A stretch of 64,000 nt of DNA from Tubulanus polymorphus (GCF_964204645.1 NC_134030.1:1967355-2031354); one strand, 5' to 3'. Numbered from the stretch's first letter, positions 51,201 to 64,000 are shown. Made by a program: numbers and translations. The notes: generated by a model not told the origin, from the letters alone.

Positions 51201-54200
51201 CATCATAGTTCGGAAGATTATAACTTTTCAACCGCACTTCGGCAATCAACGTTTCAGAAATTCTTCTCTATGGTAAACTGAAACTTCCAATTATATCTCA
51301 GATTCAAAATGAAAAAATTGAGAGTTAATTGGTTGGATTCTTAGCAGATGGAATCAGGAAAAACAACGTGCGTGACAGGGAAAAATTAAGTCAAATAAAA
51401 GTGGTCGCCATGTAGATCTGTACTTTGATTCCTATTCCGAGATCAAATGCCCTGTTTCATTCCGGGTAGGGTTTGTAAGGGAAACTTAAAAAATGATAAT
51501 ATGGACAATCGTCTCATTTCAAAGTTAAAAATCTACATATAACTCTAATTCTTAATATTTCATTACAATTCTGAAAATTTCAATTTTTATTGCAGTTTTT
51601 TTATTTGCCGATGGCTATAGTCGGAGTTCCACCGTCATTGTATTTGGTGCACGCACATTTTAACTTGCTGTTCCAGTTTTGGGTTCACACAGAGGTACGC
51701 CTTAAACACAATCGAAAAAATTATTCGCAATAGAATTAGATACCGGTACATCTGCTGAAAAAAATCAAACCACTAAAATTTATTCTATTTCTATCTCTTC
51801 AGATGTTAACTGGTGTATTTTGATGAATTCAATGATTTGATTATTAATTGAATTACAGATTGTAGGTAAATTAGGACCACTGGAGTATATACTGAATACA
51901 CCGAGTCTTCATCGCGTTCATCACGGTAGAAACAGATATTGTATCGATAAAAACTATGGTGGAACTTTGATTATCTGGGATTTATTATTCGGTAAGATCT
52001 GAATTTGTAATTGATCATCAGTTACACAGTTGACTGTGGATCCAGTTCCACAGTTTACTGTGGATCCAGTTCCACAGTTGACTGGATCCAGTTCCGCAGT
52101 TGACTGTGGATCCAGTTCCACAGTTGACTGTGGATCCAGTTCTACAGTTGACTGTGGATTCAGTTACACAGTTTACTGTGGATCCAGTTCCACAGTTGAC
52201 TGGATCCAGTTCCGCAGTTGACTGTGGATCCAGTTCCACAGTTGACTGTGGATCCTGTTCCGCAGTTGACTGTGGATCCAGTTCCACAGTTGACTGTGAA
52301 TCTAGATACACAGTTGACTGGATCCAGTTCCACAGTTGACTGTGGATCCAGTTCCACGGTTGACTGTGGATCCAGTTCCACAGTTGTGAGGGTCTGATGT
52401 GACTGTGGATCCAGTTCAACAGTTGTGTTGGTCTGATGTTACCGTGGATCCAGTTCCACAGTTGTGTGGGTCTGATGTGACTGGATCCAGTTCCACAGTC
52501 GTGTGGATTTAATTTGACTGTGGATCCAGTTCCACAGTTGTGTGGGTCTGATGTGATTGGATCCAGTTCCACAGTAGTTTGTAAATTATCTGTAAGTTAT
52601 AGATGAAATGCACTGTTTTATTTTCTAAGGTACATACGCCAGTGAAACTGATGAAGTTGTTTATGGTTTAGTTCATCTAGTCAATACCTTTGACCCGATC
52701 CACATACAAGTAAGTAATTAGAGCATCTTGAATTTTCTGATAGCTGATGGCATAGACCTGTGTAGAATATTAGATATAACAGCTTTATTCTTTAACCCTT
52801 TCAGTGCTGGCTAATTAATACCCTATAGCGCTGAAGATAATTTGAAAATTCTGAAAAATTCCACCTTAGTGTGTTGAATAATGGGAATAGCACTATAGTG
52901 CGTCTACACCATGGCGCGGTATATCGATAGTTATTAATATTTCACTATGTTTGACAGGTGCTGCCATCATTCAAGAGAGATAATTAGTAATGACTAATTA
53001 AATCAATACACTGCAGTGCGGTGTACTAGCAAAATCCATTACTGACTCGTACACCGCAATGCGGTGTAGATTCACTGAAAGGGTTAACCAAACTCAGACA
53101 TCCAATTCACATGACAATCATACAATTGATCCTTGTTCAGATCATTGCACATCACATTACACATAAAGTTATACTCAAACAAAAATCAAGACATTACCAC
53201 ACTAGATACCTAGTTCTGAATTAGTAGTGGCGTTAGAAGTGCAGCGCCAAGAGCCGGGGCAATAATTTACTGAATGACGTTTCTTTTTTCTTCAAATACC
53301 ACGTTTTTGAAGAAACTAAGTAAATTCGCCACGCCAATATTTAGAACCAGTCCGTAATCGGCATTTGGCCGCGGCAATCAAAAATTGCTTCCAACGCGCC
53401 TGATTAGCAGTTCTTAACCAGAGACAATTACAGGTTGAAACTGCCAGATTGAGTTTAGCAGAGACGGATTTTGTCATATTACATTATCAACGAATAAACT
53501 GATAAGTAATTGACTTATGATGTCTCGATAGCTATGTCTAGATAGATGTCTCCTTGTAGTTGTTATGAAAGGAATTTTATTTACGTTAGGAAAGCATGTT
53601 TCCGCTGATACTCAGCTCCCTGTGTATGCAACTTGTCTGTATTTTGTATTTTTCAGTTGTGTCATTTTAAATGGGTTTGGAGTCAGTTTTGGGAAAAGGA
53701 CGGTTTGAAGAATAAATTGTCGGTGATTTTTAAAGGCCCCAGCTGGAAACCCGGCGAATCGCGTCTCGGTTATAGATTGGATTTTCCTGAAGTAAGTGGA
53801 TCATTCGAATCTATCGTTTGTAGTCGATTAGAATTAATGAAACAACGTGAATTTCTTTCTGAGAACCACGGCATGGAATTATATTTAGGAATTGTTTGAA
53901 AAGTATGCATATTATTTTATTTCTCTCCAGGTATCTGCCCCTCAGCCACGGTACGACCCACAGTTGCCGACGTGGTGTGGTGTCTACATTCTATTGCATA
54001 CTGGTTTATTGGTATTTGGATATTTATGGTTATTGAATATTTCTGAGGTGCGTAACTGTGCTAGTCGATGTGCGCTATGTCATCGGTGCTACAAAAATAA
54101 CAATTACAATTGTGAATTTTGGCGAAAGCAAATATATTTCATAACTCTTATTCTATTTTTGATAAATTTTGATTTTGAGAGGATGTGCACTACGCTATCG

Positions 54201-55751
54201 AAATATCAACGCTAGCCTATTTGCTGGTCAATTAGCGATTTATTCAAATCCGAAATAATTTCATCAATCCTTAATATTAATATAGAACTTATATTATTTA
54301 TTATTGACAAATATTAAGCAATACGCAGGGGTCGATCCAGCCGGTGAATTTCAGTATATTCCTAGAAATTATTGCTCAATGATATGCCAGCCGTGCTGCT
54401 TATTAACGAGGGGTTTGGGGTTGCTCCCAAAAGAATAAATTTGATAAATTACTATTTTTCCTTGTATTTAAAGGCATTCTGGACCTGTTAGATTAGGTAG
54501 GGGTCATTCATTTATTACGTAAGCATTAGGGGAGGGGGAGGGGTCGGTACAATTGTGTACTGTAATGCTTAATGTATATGATAAAACGGCTGATTTTGCG
54601 TACTGAGGGGGAGGGGGGGTTGAAAATTTCAAATTTTATGCGTACGTAATAAATGAATGATCCCGTTCTTATAGAAAATATGCTATTCATAGTTTTCTGA
54701 CTACTCTGGAATGGAATATAGCTTGGATCTGACACTGATTCGTGTTACTTTTCAAGGTGTAAATAAACTTTCAAGTTAATTTTCTTGTTCATATTTTGTA
54801 GATACTTCAACAGGTGCTAGTCATTGCCGGTGTTCTTTATATACTGTTTGCTTTATCGTCAATTGGATGGATATGTGATCGTAGGTATGTCGTCATATTT
54901 TAAGATTTCAGACCGGGTTCTTTTCGATTCTATCGTGTATTTTATTGTCGTGGTTCGGGTGTTTGACTCATGACCTTGAGGTGGTAGTAGTATTGGAAGT
55001 GCAGCGACTGCAGCGGCAATAATTTACTGAATGACGCTTTTTTTTTTGAATACCACGTTTTTGAAGAAATTAAGTAAATTTGCCGTGGCAATACTAAGAA
55101 CCTGTCCAAAATCGGCATTTGGCTGCGGCAATCAAAAATTGCCTCCAATGCCCCTGGGACGGGTGGAAGAAAGAAAAAATGATAACCAATTTTTGGAATC
55201 ATTGGAATCAAAACATTCAACTGCCTGGGTAATATAGAACTCATTAATTGACCATTTCCCCCAATGTACGTAAATAGTTTTCTAGATTCTAGGACAATTG
55301 CCCTCCCGAATATAATCCTCTTTAATTTGGATTAATGCAACCTAATTACTAAACTTAGAAATCAATTTGTATATTATTGCATGTAGATTTATAAGATATA
55401 GAATGACTGATGTTGTGTGCAGATCAAAACTTTAAAAAGATTTAATTTGGCGGGGGGCAATTTATTGTCCTGATACCAATTTTCCGTGAACTGGTTCATA
55501 CTTAATGACAAACTGTCTCTATTTTCAGAACGTTCGCGCCTATTGTTGAATTACTCCGCTGTCTCTTTACGATCACCGTATATTTAATGTGCCGTGATTA
55601 CATACATTCATCAAATGATATCATCAAGGTTCCACCGGTCGCGATTGTGTTTGAATTGGCGAACGTGTTTTTCATATTTTCGGCGGTGCTGTGGTCGATT
55701 CAATCTTACAAACAATTCTTCAACACTTCTAAATCAACGAAAACCCAATGA
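48224..55751 (+). CDS. AGMO: Alkylglycerol monooxygenase, copy 1
   Basis: Exons 48224-48355, 48563-48690, 50421-50569, 51169-51272, 51596-51694, 51859-51991, 52630-52709, 53657-53791, 53931-54047, 54802-54884, 55529-55751 (TGA). His boxes HRMAHE, HQVHHSSEDYNFSTALRQS, FWVHTE, NTPSLHRVHHGRNRYCIDKNYGG. Confidence 0.95.
50102..50390. mobile_element. piggyBac-type MITE (TTAA-CCCTTTCAGTG termini)
   Basis: TIRs with TTAA at both ends; the element is absent from the paralogous position in AGMO copy 2 intron 2 (~60620). Confidence 0.8.
52017..52575. repeat. 24-bp palindromic minisatellite in AGMO-1 intron 6
   Basis: Unit CTGTGGATCCAGTTCCACAGTTGA. Confidence 0.95.
52792..53087. mobile_element. piggyBac-type MITE, same family
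   Basis: TTAACCCTTTCAGTG...CACTGAAAGGGTTAA; near-identical to 50102-50390. Confidence 0.85.
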
Positions 55752-55799
55752 ACAATAATTGAATTCTGTTTCTAATTCATCACAATACTGAAGTCATCT

Positions 55800-55902
55800 G
55801 GATCCAGTTCCACAGTTGTGAGTTAGAGTTGACTCTGAGTTAAAGTTAGTTCATTTTCAATGAGTTAACTCAGGGTCAAATCTTAACTGTGGAACTGGAC
55901 CC
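55800..55902. mobile_element. ~100-bp MITE (GGATCCAGTTCCACAG TIR)
   Basis: Ends GGATCCAGTTCCACAG / CTGTGGAACTGGACCC; second copy at 15533-15642. Confidence 0.75.
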
Positions 55903-57926
55903 TGTATTTTTTAGTACCAACCTGTATTTGAAATCAATCTGCTGTAAGTAGATTTAATTATTTGGATGCGTCAACATAATGATCACCCCAAGTTTGACTC
56001 TGGTGGTGTACTTAATTGTCTATGACTTTTGAGATGTTTATTATGAAGTTGCTTTAAAATTTTGCACTAATATGAACAATCACTTTTTGAACTAATTGAA
56101 TTCATAAGTGTCATAAATGTCAATCAATGTTTCCTGGCAATTCACTCTCTTCCTATTGATTCGATGAATCTATCCCTGTTCCCAGGAAATGTCAAACATT
56201 CAGAGAACTTAAGACGAATCAGTATTTTTTAGAGATTATCGTTTAATTTTACATTGTTATATTTCTGGGTGGCCACTGACCTGGAAAACCTGGAAAACTC
56301 AGGCAAACAGAAAACATCTAGAAAAAATCAGGCAAAACTCAGTGAATTTGAAAAATTTGACAAAAAACTCTGATAATGCTATCAAACATGTTATCGGTAC
56401 ATGATTAAATGAAAATCGAATGAATTGTAGCATATATTAAATCTAGAAATTTCTCTGATTCACTCATGGAATTTTGTGAAATCGATTGGAAAAATCAGAT
56501 AAAACTCCAGGGATTGTTAATAAACAGGTAAAAAGTGGTCACTCTGTATTTGTTATCGATAATAAAGTTTATTTGATGTTGAATGATGTTTTATAATGAT
56601 TTAATGATTTGAGAGATTTTTGTGATTTATACTGCTGAATAAATAAAGATATTTTACAATCGATTCAAAAGTAATTGTTTTATTGTATCCTCGGTAAATG
56701 GACTGCAAACATGTAACGTGTCCTTTACACGGGCGGATCCTGGTTCCAATTTTGACTCTGCCTCACCGAAGAAAAAAGGGCCCTTTTTTCAAAATACTTT
56801 ATAGAAAATACTCGAGACCGGTACAACTGGATATTCGAAACTCAGGAAACCAAGGAAACAATTGTTTGACGCACACGCGCTCAGGAAATTTTGTCTGATT
56901 AAGACATTTGAAAGTTTTAAAAATTTATTTAGAATTTTTTCTTTTTTTACAAGAAGTGTATTTCGGATATTTTGAGTGCCTCGCGCGGGTGGTGCATGTG
57001 AGGTATCGTAAATCCGCCACAGTTCAGAGACAAGGTCCATGCAGGTGATAATATTTTCTTCATTCCCTGCCCTAATCAACCCTGGCTGCTGTAGCCCAAA
57101 CCTTTTCCCAATCCCTGACCCTAAACCCATTCAGTCCATAACCCTGGTTACCACTTGGCCGTGAGCCCTGATTTCTGCGGTTGAAAAAGCCACCATTTCG
57201 TGTATCGGGTCACCAGTGTCATGCGCAAGAAATATTTGTAAATTGATTAAAAAAATTATCGAAAATAGAGGCGTTGATTTTCCTAATCGTAATTGCTAGT
57301 CATGTGGATCATCTAATCAAATCAGATTTTCACACCAGGATAAATTTGACGATTTGTTCAAAATGGCTGACAAGGAAATAATGTCCCTGATGGTTATTGA
57401 CCTAAGAGAGAGTAGAGTATATTTACAATTGACAAACAGCATTAAATAGATCCCCGAAAAGTCGATGTATTAGGATCGTACTCTATATCGAGGCATGAGT
57501 GACATTTTCAGTGCCCAAGCAAAATTACGCAGTTAGATTTTACTCTATTATTATTTATTCTAACTCCTGATATACGCCAAATATAAATTGAGAAATTTGT
57601 CTTTATCAGACTTTTATTTCGTGCGCAGACTAATATTTTAGTTTATGTACATTCACCGAAAGGCCGTTGTTGGTGCGTAAATCCTGACCGTAAAGTGCTG
57701 CCTCTATATATAACATTGGCGGCGAATACGTGAACTAACGCCACGGGAGATATTTCTTACTGTGGCATGCGAGTAAGAAGTTAGTTCAACTATTCGCCGT
57801 CAATGCTTTATACAGGGGCAGCACGTGACGGTTGAGATTTTCAAAATGTAATCGACGCGTGCTGGTAGTAGTGAGGTGTGTTTGGAATTAGGGTTAGGGT
57901 TAAGGGTTAGGATCAGAGTTGAGAAA

Positions 57927-57985
57927 ATGATGATGGATGTACTACATGTGAATGGAGTTTTATTCATTCAATATTTTACAAATAT
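57927..57985 (+). pseudogene. Inverted, frameshifted fragment of G6PC exon 1
   Basis: Translates MMMDVLHVNGVLFIQY, matching the G6PC start at 48026(-), followed by an extra T and loss of homology. The upstream 57754-57840 is the reverse complement of the promoter segment 48076-48162. Confidence 0.85.
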
Positions 57986-58144
57986 TGTAAAGATGAATAG
58001 AAATTATTGAGAAAACTAATATTATCTAGTTGTACGAATTCCTATTTTTGAATGAAAAATCCTATTTTCGAAAAAAAAATCCTTTTTTATTTGATTTTAA
58101 CTCATTTGATTTTAGATTAATCATCGGCTTGATCGTCCTGACCC

Positions 58145-59041
58145 GGGGCCGGTTTCACAAAGCATAATTAACTTTAATTATAGTTAGGACCTAAATCATG
58201 ATTAAATTTCCTTAATCATGATTAGTTAATTACGATTAAAATTCGGTTTCACGAAAGGGTTTGATTACAAAATTAACTAATTACATAATTAGGCAACTTA
58301 ATTACAATTTAACTGTATCAAAATGGCGGAACTTGAGACAGCCATTTGCTGTCCAAGCATCAACAACAGGAACAACCTTCCTTGTTTAGAGGAAAAGAGA
58401 AATTCACTCCTTTGGGAGTTAAAGATTGCTCTGAAAGGTCTCAGGAACCAGTGGAAAAACTTAGCAAGATGTCTCAAAAGTTTTTAAATAGAAACTCACC
58501 TCCAGTCAGCAAAATAAAATCCTCGTAAATGGGGTTTATTTCCGAGCAGTGATTAGCACTTTTTAACACTAACTCCATAGATATGTACTCTACTGACAGA
58601 AATCTATCATATGTTTGGACAAAATCAATTAATTCAATACTTCTAAGTATGTGATGGTCGTGCTGACAAAAAACATAGGACGTTTGAAAATAAATCATTA
58701 GAATTTAGAGTATTGACTTGCCTTTTTTACAAAAGGCAAAAAATCCAAATTATTTGAGCCAAACAATCTGAAAAACTGAATAAGTGTAGGAATTGCCGTC
58801 GTCAATTAATAAACACCAAATTCCATGAATAATATCTGCAGCTTTTTGTTTTTAATAATAAACTAATGATAAATGGTTTAATTACACTCTAGAGGAGAAT
58901 TAAATTTTGTAATTAACTTAATTATAATTAAAGTTAATTACGTTTTGTGAAACACCTAACTTGATTAAGTCATGATAATTTAACCATGATTAGTGTTTTA
59001 ATCATAATTAAGGGTTAATTACGCTTTGTGAAACCGGCCCC
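58145..59041. mobile_element. Non-autonomous DNA transposon (~900 bp) just upstream of AGMO copy 2
   Basis: TIRs GGGGCCGGTTTCACAAAGC / GCTTTGTGAAACCGGCCCC with long imperfect subterminal inverted repeats; no transposase ORF. Confidence 0.8.
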
Positions 59042-59129
59042 CGGGTGATTAATCTAAAATCTCGTGATTACCGTACGGTGCTGCCACCGTCTGACTCTGT
59101 GCCAACGTCCAGCATTACTCAATTTTATT

Positions 59130-62100
59130 ATGGCGTCTGCAAATCTAGGAACGATTATCAACCATCCTGTGGTTTTTGGTGTCCGTAGATTGTTCTATTT
59201 AGTTGGCACCAATGAAACATCATTTGAAACGACAGAACAGGTTCCCGATTATGTAACTAAAGTAAGTGATTCTTTCTAGAATTCTTAATTAGTCTTAATT
59301 ACGCTATGTTTAAAGACAATTCAATTCGAGAGCTCTGTCAAAAAAGAAAAAATCATTTTAAATGAAAATGACACTGTTTTGTTCGCTTTGCCTTTCTTCC
59401 TCCTTTCTCTGGTATCTTCTTTTAGAAGTCCTTCCTGGGTCCGGTTACAAGTGTATTGTGTTTATTTCAGGCGTTACCCTATTTCTTTTCTCTGGCCGTG
59501 TTAGAAGCGATCATAGCTCCTTTAAGAGGAAAAAGAAGATTTCGTATCAATGATGGAATAACGTCTATCAGTGCTGGGCTGATTAGCCTGCTTCCGCTGT
59601 AAGTATCACCAGTAACTCTCCTCCACTACAACCATACTCTGGCTCAGAGCTGTCTCTGTGAATGAGATGAATATGTCAAAGCTGGAACTTTCTTACTTGT
59701 AGTATGAGAATGGAGCATCGAGCGAGAAGAAATACTTCTCAGATTAACATCGGTCAAATGTCTACCCCTACCACGCGGGGCACTACAGCTCGTATCTGAG
59801 TTCTAGGAACTACTAAAACGATAATCTCTTAATCCTGTGTTTATAATATATATAAAATGACATTGAGAGAAATCCCACAATAACGAAGCCAAGATTGAAA
59901 AATTCTATATCAGAATGATTATATTTGAGGATGGCTAACAGTTGTTAGCCGAAACGTCGCTCCTCAAATATAATCATTCTGATATAGAATTTTTCAATCT
60001 TGGCTTCGTTATTGTGGGATTTCTCTCGCTATCATCATACACGGATATTGTGTATCTTCTCGTCATAAAATGACATATTATAGACAGAGGATTAAAACAG
60101 ATAAAATCGTTTTTACAGTAAGCCTCTCATACCTGCAACTCTGATACGAAGAGCCCAAGGGTTCTACCTTCGATCTATTCTGGGATGCACTTAATATTGG
60201 CGTCATTTGGATCATTACATCTGCTACAATTCATATTAAAACTGTAAAAATATTGAAATCATAGAAATGAAAATAATTATTATGATCAAACTAAACCGCT
60301 TAATCTGGTACCAGCTGAAAATGATATACGGATTCCAAAACAACTGAGATTAGTCAAACTAAGCCTCACTTCACATACAGCTGTTAATCCAGTAACCTGT
60401 CGCATGGTTTAGATTCACAATCGGATTTTTTCACAAACCACATCCATCCATCTGACTTAAGCCTATCGGATTATAAAAGCTTACCACCAAAATCAACAGT
60501 TGACTGCTGTTACTTAAGGCTTGAAACGTCAAACAATTTTTATATCAAAATCAATTCTAATGGTTCCGATATAAATTCATGAAATTTAGTACCAGGCCAA
60601 AGTGAGATGAATCATATAGATTTAAAAGGTTATTTCGGTGATTTATTTATTTCAGAATTTTATGGCGAGGAATTGACACTTCTTTATACATGATAATGTA
60701 TGATATGAGATTGATGAGTTTACAGTGGGATCATCCGTTCACCTGGTGGATCGCGTTTATAGGCGTCGACTTCGCGTATTATTGGGTTCACAGAATGGGA
60801 CATGGTACGAGACCAAATTTGAAAATTTAAACATTTTTTAAAATGGATAAATTTTTCATCAATTTGGACAAATAAACAGGACCTAAAGTTGACCCTAAAA
60901 AATTTGGCCCTAAAGTTTGGATTCGATCATTTTCAAGAATGTTAGATTTTGACGCACTAGGATATTGTGATTCCTGGAGCCACGAGTTCCAACAATTTCA
61001 TTCTAAATTAGCTCATTTCTAGTCAGTAGTTAATCAGTGTAGATTCACCTGTTAAACAGAGCTTTGGATTTCAAAAGTGCATTTATGACTAGCTGGTCTA
61101 TATCACACTTCTGCGATCTATCAGATAGTGTAGGAGTGTAATTAATTATGACATTCAACCAGTAACAATACAGCACTTTTTCAAGTCTCAAATATTATCA
61201 GTCTTTATGTTAATCACCTGTTGCCAAGTATTTGATCAGTTTTTTTCCATAAAACTAATATGACTACCAGTTGACCTTGACAGCTAGACCTGACGTGGTC
61301 TGAGTCATCGTTGTAAAAAATTGTCATCTCAAATCAATCGGCCTACATATTCCACTTTCAGTACCCAGGGGTAACTAATTGAATATTTTCAGACCAGCCT
61401 CATTCCCCTGAATCTCTCTAATAATAGCCATTCAATTTTCTGAAATAAGGAAATCTACCACAAAGATTTTTAAACACTAGTGATATCTATAGATGTAGGG
61501 TTAACTCAACTATTTATTAAGAGTTTATGCCCTTAGCAGGTTTTAGTTTTATAGACTGGTATTGATTGAACCCGGAGGGGGCAAGTTGAATTGAGCCAGC
61601 CTCAGGGTCAACAGCAGTCTTTAAAAACCAGGCCCTGGGTTAAAGTTTATCCAAGTTAAACCAAAAATCGACCCTAGGATTTTAACTTACGAATTTCCAA
61701 ATGATTTTCTTCGGATTAAAAAGTCAGTAATGTGTTGTTTGTTTGAACTGTATTCCAGAGGTGAATCTGTTTTGGGCGACGCATCAGGCTCATCATAGTT
61801 CGGAAGATTATAACTTTACCACCGCACTTCGGCAATCAACGTTTCAGAAATTCTATGCTATGGTAAACTGAAACTTCCAACTATCTTCATCGACAAGAGA
61901 ATTCTGTAAATTCGACCAATCATGATATTTAGATCTGTACTTCGATATTCGATTTCCAAAATCAAAACCCCCTGTCAGGAGCGAAACAGGAGGTTTGATT
62001 TTGGATTGTAAGGGACACCAAATCAGTCAATCAAATAAATAATACAAACAATCATCTCCTTATATTTCAAATATCTCAAAATCTACTCATAACTTAACAA

Positions 62101-63381
62101 CTCTTCCGATTCTGAAAATTTCAATTTTTGTTGCAGTTTTTTTATTTGCCGATGGCTATTGTCGGAGTTCCACCGTCATTGTATTTGGTGCACGCACATT
62201 TTAACTTGCTTTATCAGTTTTGGATTCACACAGAGGTACGTTTCAATCACCTGAAATCACTAACAGAATCACGATGATGAAAACATGGTTTGGATTAGAA
62301 TTACAGTTGAAAAAATCAAACGACTAAAATTCAATTTATTTTTCTCTTCAGATGTTAACTGGTGTATTTTGATGAATTCAATGATTTGATTATTAATTGA
62401 ATTACAGATTGTAGGTAAATTAGGACCACTGGAGTATATACTGAATACACCGAGTCTTCATCGCGTTCATCACGGTAGAAACAGATATTGTATCGATAAA
62501 AACTATGGTGGAACTTTGATTATCTGGGATTTATTATTCGGTAAGATCTGAATTTGTAATCGATCATCAGTTACACAGTTGACTGTGGATCCAGTTCTAC
62601 AGTTGACTGTGGATTCAGTTCCACAGTTGACTGTGGATCCAGTTCCACGGTTGACTGGATCCAGTTCCGCAGTTGACTGTGGATCCAGTTCCACAGTTGA
62701 CTGTGGATCCAGTTCTACAGTTGACTGTGGATTCAGTTCCACAGTTGACTGTGGATCCAGTTCCACAGTTGACTGGATCCTGTTCCGCAGTTGACTGTGG
62801 ATCCAGTTCTACAGTTGACTGTGGATTCAGTTCTACAGTTGACTGTGGATTCAGTTCCACAGTTGACTGTGGATCCAGTTCCACAGTTGACTGTGGATCC
62901 AGTTCTACAGTTGACTGTGGATTCAGTTCCACAGTTGACTGTGGATCCAGTTCCACAGTTGACTGTGGATCCAGTTCCACAGTTGTGTGGGTCTGATTGG
63001 ATCCAGTTCCACAGTTATGTGTAGATTATCTGTAAGTTAAAGATGAAAGGCACTGTTTTATTTTCTAAGGTACATACGCCAGTGAAACTGATGAAGTTGT
63101 TTATGGTTTAGTTCATCCACTCGGTACTTTTGATTCAATCCATGTACAAGTAAGAAATCATTTCACACTAAAAAATATGTTGGACATGTTTTTGCCGATA
63201 CTCGGCTCCCTGTGTATGCAACTCGTCAATATCTTGTATTTTACAGTTGTGTCATTTTAAATGGATTTGGAGTCAGTTTTGGAAAATGGACGGTTTGAAG
63301 AATAAATTGTCGGTGATTTTGAAAGGTCCCGGTTGGGAACCCGGTAAACCACGTCTCGGTTATAAGGATGATATTCCCGAT
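59130..63381 (+). CDS. AGMO: Alkylglycerol monooxygenase, tandem copy 2 (first eight exons; continues beyond the window)
   Basis: Exons 59130-59261, 59471-59598, 60656-60804, 61759-61862, 62137-62235, 62408-62540, 63070-63149, 63247-63381. Exon lengths equal copy 1, the frame is open and His boxes are intact (HRMGHE, HQAHH, HRVHH). Confidence 0.9.
59864..60064 (+). mobile_element. Penelope-like / retrozyme fragment: 67-bp inverted repeat around a minimal hammerhead-like core
   Basis: Arms 59865-59931 and 59961-60027 are perfect reverse complements. The centre reads TTGAGGA-T-GGCTAAC-agtt-GTTAGCC-GAAACGTC. A 12-bp direct repeat ATAAAATGACAT flanks it (59852-59863, 60065-60076). Confidence 0.65.
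62567..63017. repeat. 24-bp palindromic minisatellite in AGMO-2 intron 6
   Basis: Same unit and same intron position as in copy 1, with a different copy number. Confidence 0.95.
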
Positions 63382-63599
63382 GTAAGTGATCAATCGATTT
63401 TATGTAATTTGTGAATCTCGATGAAATTTAATTACACAAAATGATATTATCTAAGAATCTGTGAAATTCTGTTTCTTCACCACAGTGAGCAGTCAGTAAC
63501 CTGTCTGTGGTTTAGTTTAACGATCGGATATTTTCACAAACCACAATAAGTTGGTATAAGCACATCCGATTATAAAAATCTTACCACCAACGATTAGGT

Positions 63600-64000
63600 A
63601 ACTAACAACACAGTGATATAAATCAGCGATGGACTTTGTTAATATATCGCGTGATTGCGCATTAATGTCATTAGTAATTAGTTATAATTTACATTAAAAG
63701 ATGGCAGGTCAATCGCTGAAATATTAGTAACTAATGATGCCGGTTATCCAACTGGGTGGAATTTTTTTCCGATCGTCTTATTATCTCAAGCACTTTCAGA
63801 TATCAATTAGTCATCACTGAAAGGTTAACCCTTTCAGTGCATCTACACCGCAGTGCGGTGTATAAATCAGTGATGGATTTTGCTAGTACACCGCACTGCG
63901 GTGTATTGATGTAATTAGTAATTTGTAATTATCTCTATTGAAAAATGGCAGCAAGTGTCAAACATAGTGAAATACTAGTAACTAACGATACACCGCACTG
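63600..64000. mobile_element. Two adjacent piggyBac-type MITE copies sharing TTAA at 63825-63828
   Basis: CACTGAAAGG-TTAA-CCCTTTCAGTG junction; both parts are homologous to 50102-50390 in reverse orientation. Left boundary approximate. Confidence 0.65.

Noticed and set aside
52018-52572. Overlapping ORFs here, at 62503-63024 and at 44870-45476
   Set aside because: Translations of intronic minisatellites inside AGMO and G6PC.
11556-55751. Functional cluster of ER proteins (CNPY, G6PC, AGMO)
   Set aside because: No shared pathway; adjacency in a compact genome is enough to explain it.

Overview
AT-rich genomic DNA from an invertebrate animal, with GT-AG spliceosomal introns. Exons were reconstructed by hand because the ORF track misses most of them. 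Genes in order: 3' part of TTC21B/IFT139 (+, to 7953); METAP1D (-, 8620-11374) head-to-head with a canopy/CNPY2-like ER gene (+, 11556-13945); an internally deleted, KDEL-less CNPY paralog (+, 40664-41930); glucose-6-phosphatase (-, 44529-48026) head-to-head with AGMO (+, 48224-55751); and a second AGMO copy (+, 59130 to beyond the window end). The most unusual region lies between the two CNPY copies: a ~16.7-kb macrosatellite (21663-38376) of three ~5.1-6.0-kb units. Each unit carries 7-8 co-oriented CTCF-like motifs (23 in total), most paired with a GGTAAG splice-donor-like motif. Each also has two diverged copies of a ~270-nt multi-helix element with compensatory base changes, 3-5 copies of a ~59-nt hairpin (12 in total) and minus-strand exons. 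The array is flanked by two decayed spliced genes and by further structured-RNA candidates at 16.6-17.7 kb. The rest is MITEs, tRNA-derived SINEs, Penelope-like hammerhead inserts and minisatellites. No database search or folding program was run; all structures were paired by eye.
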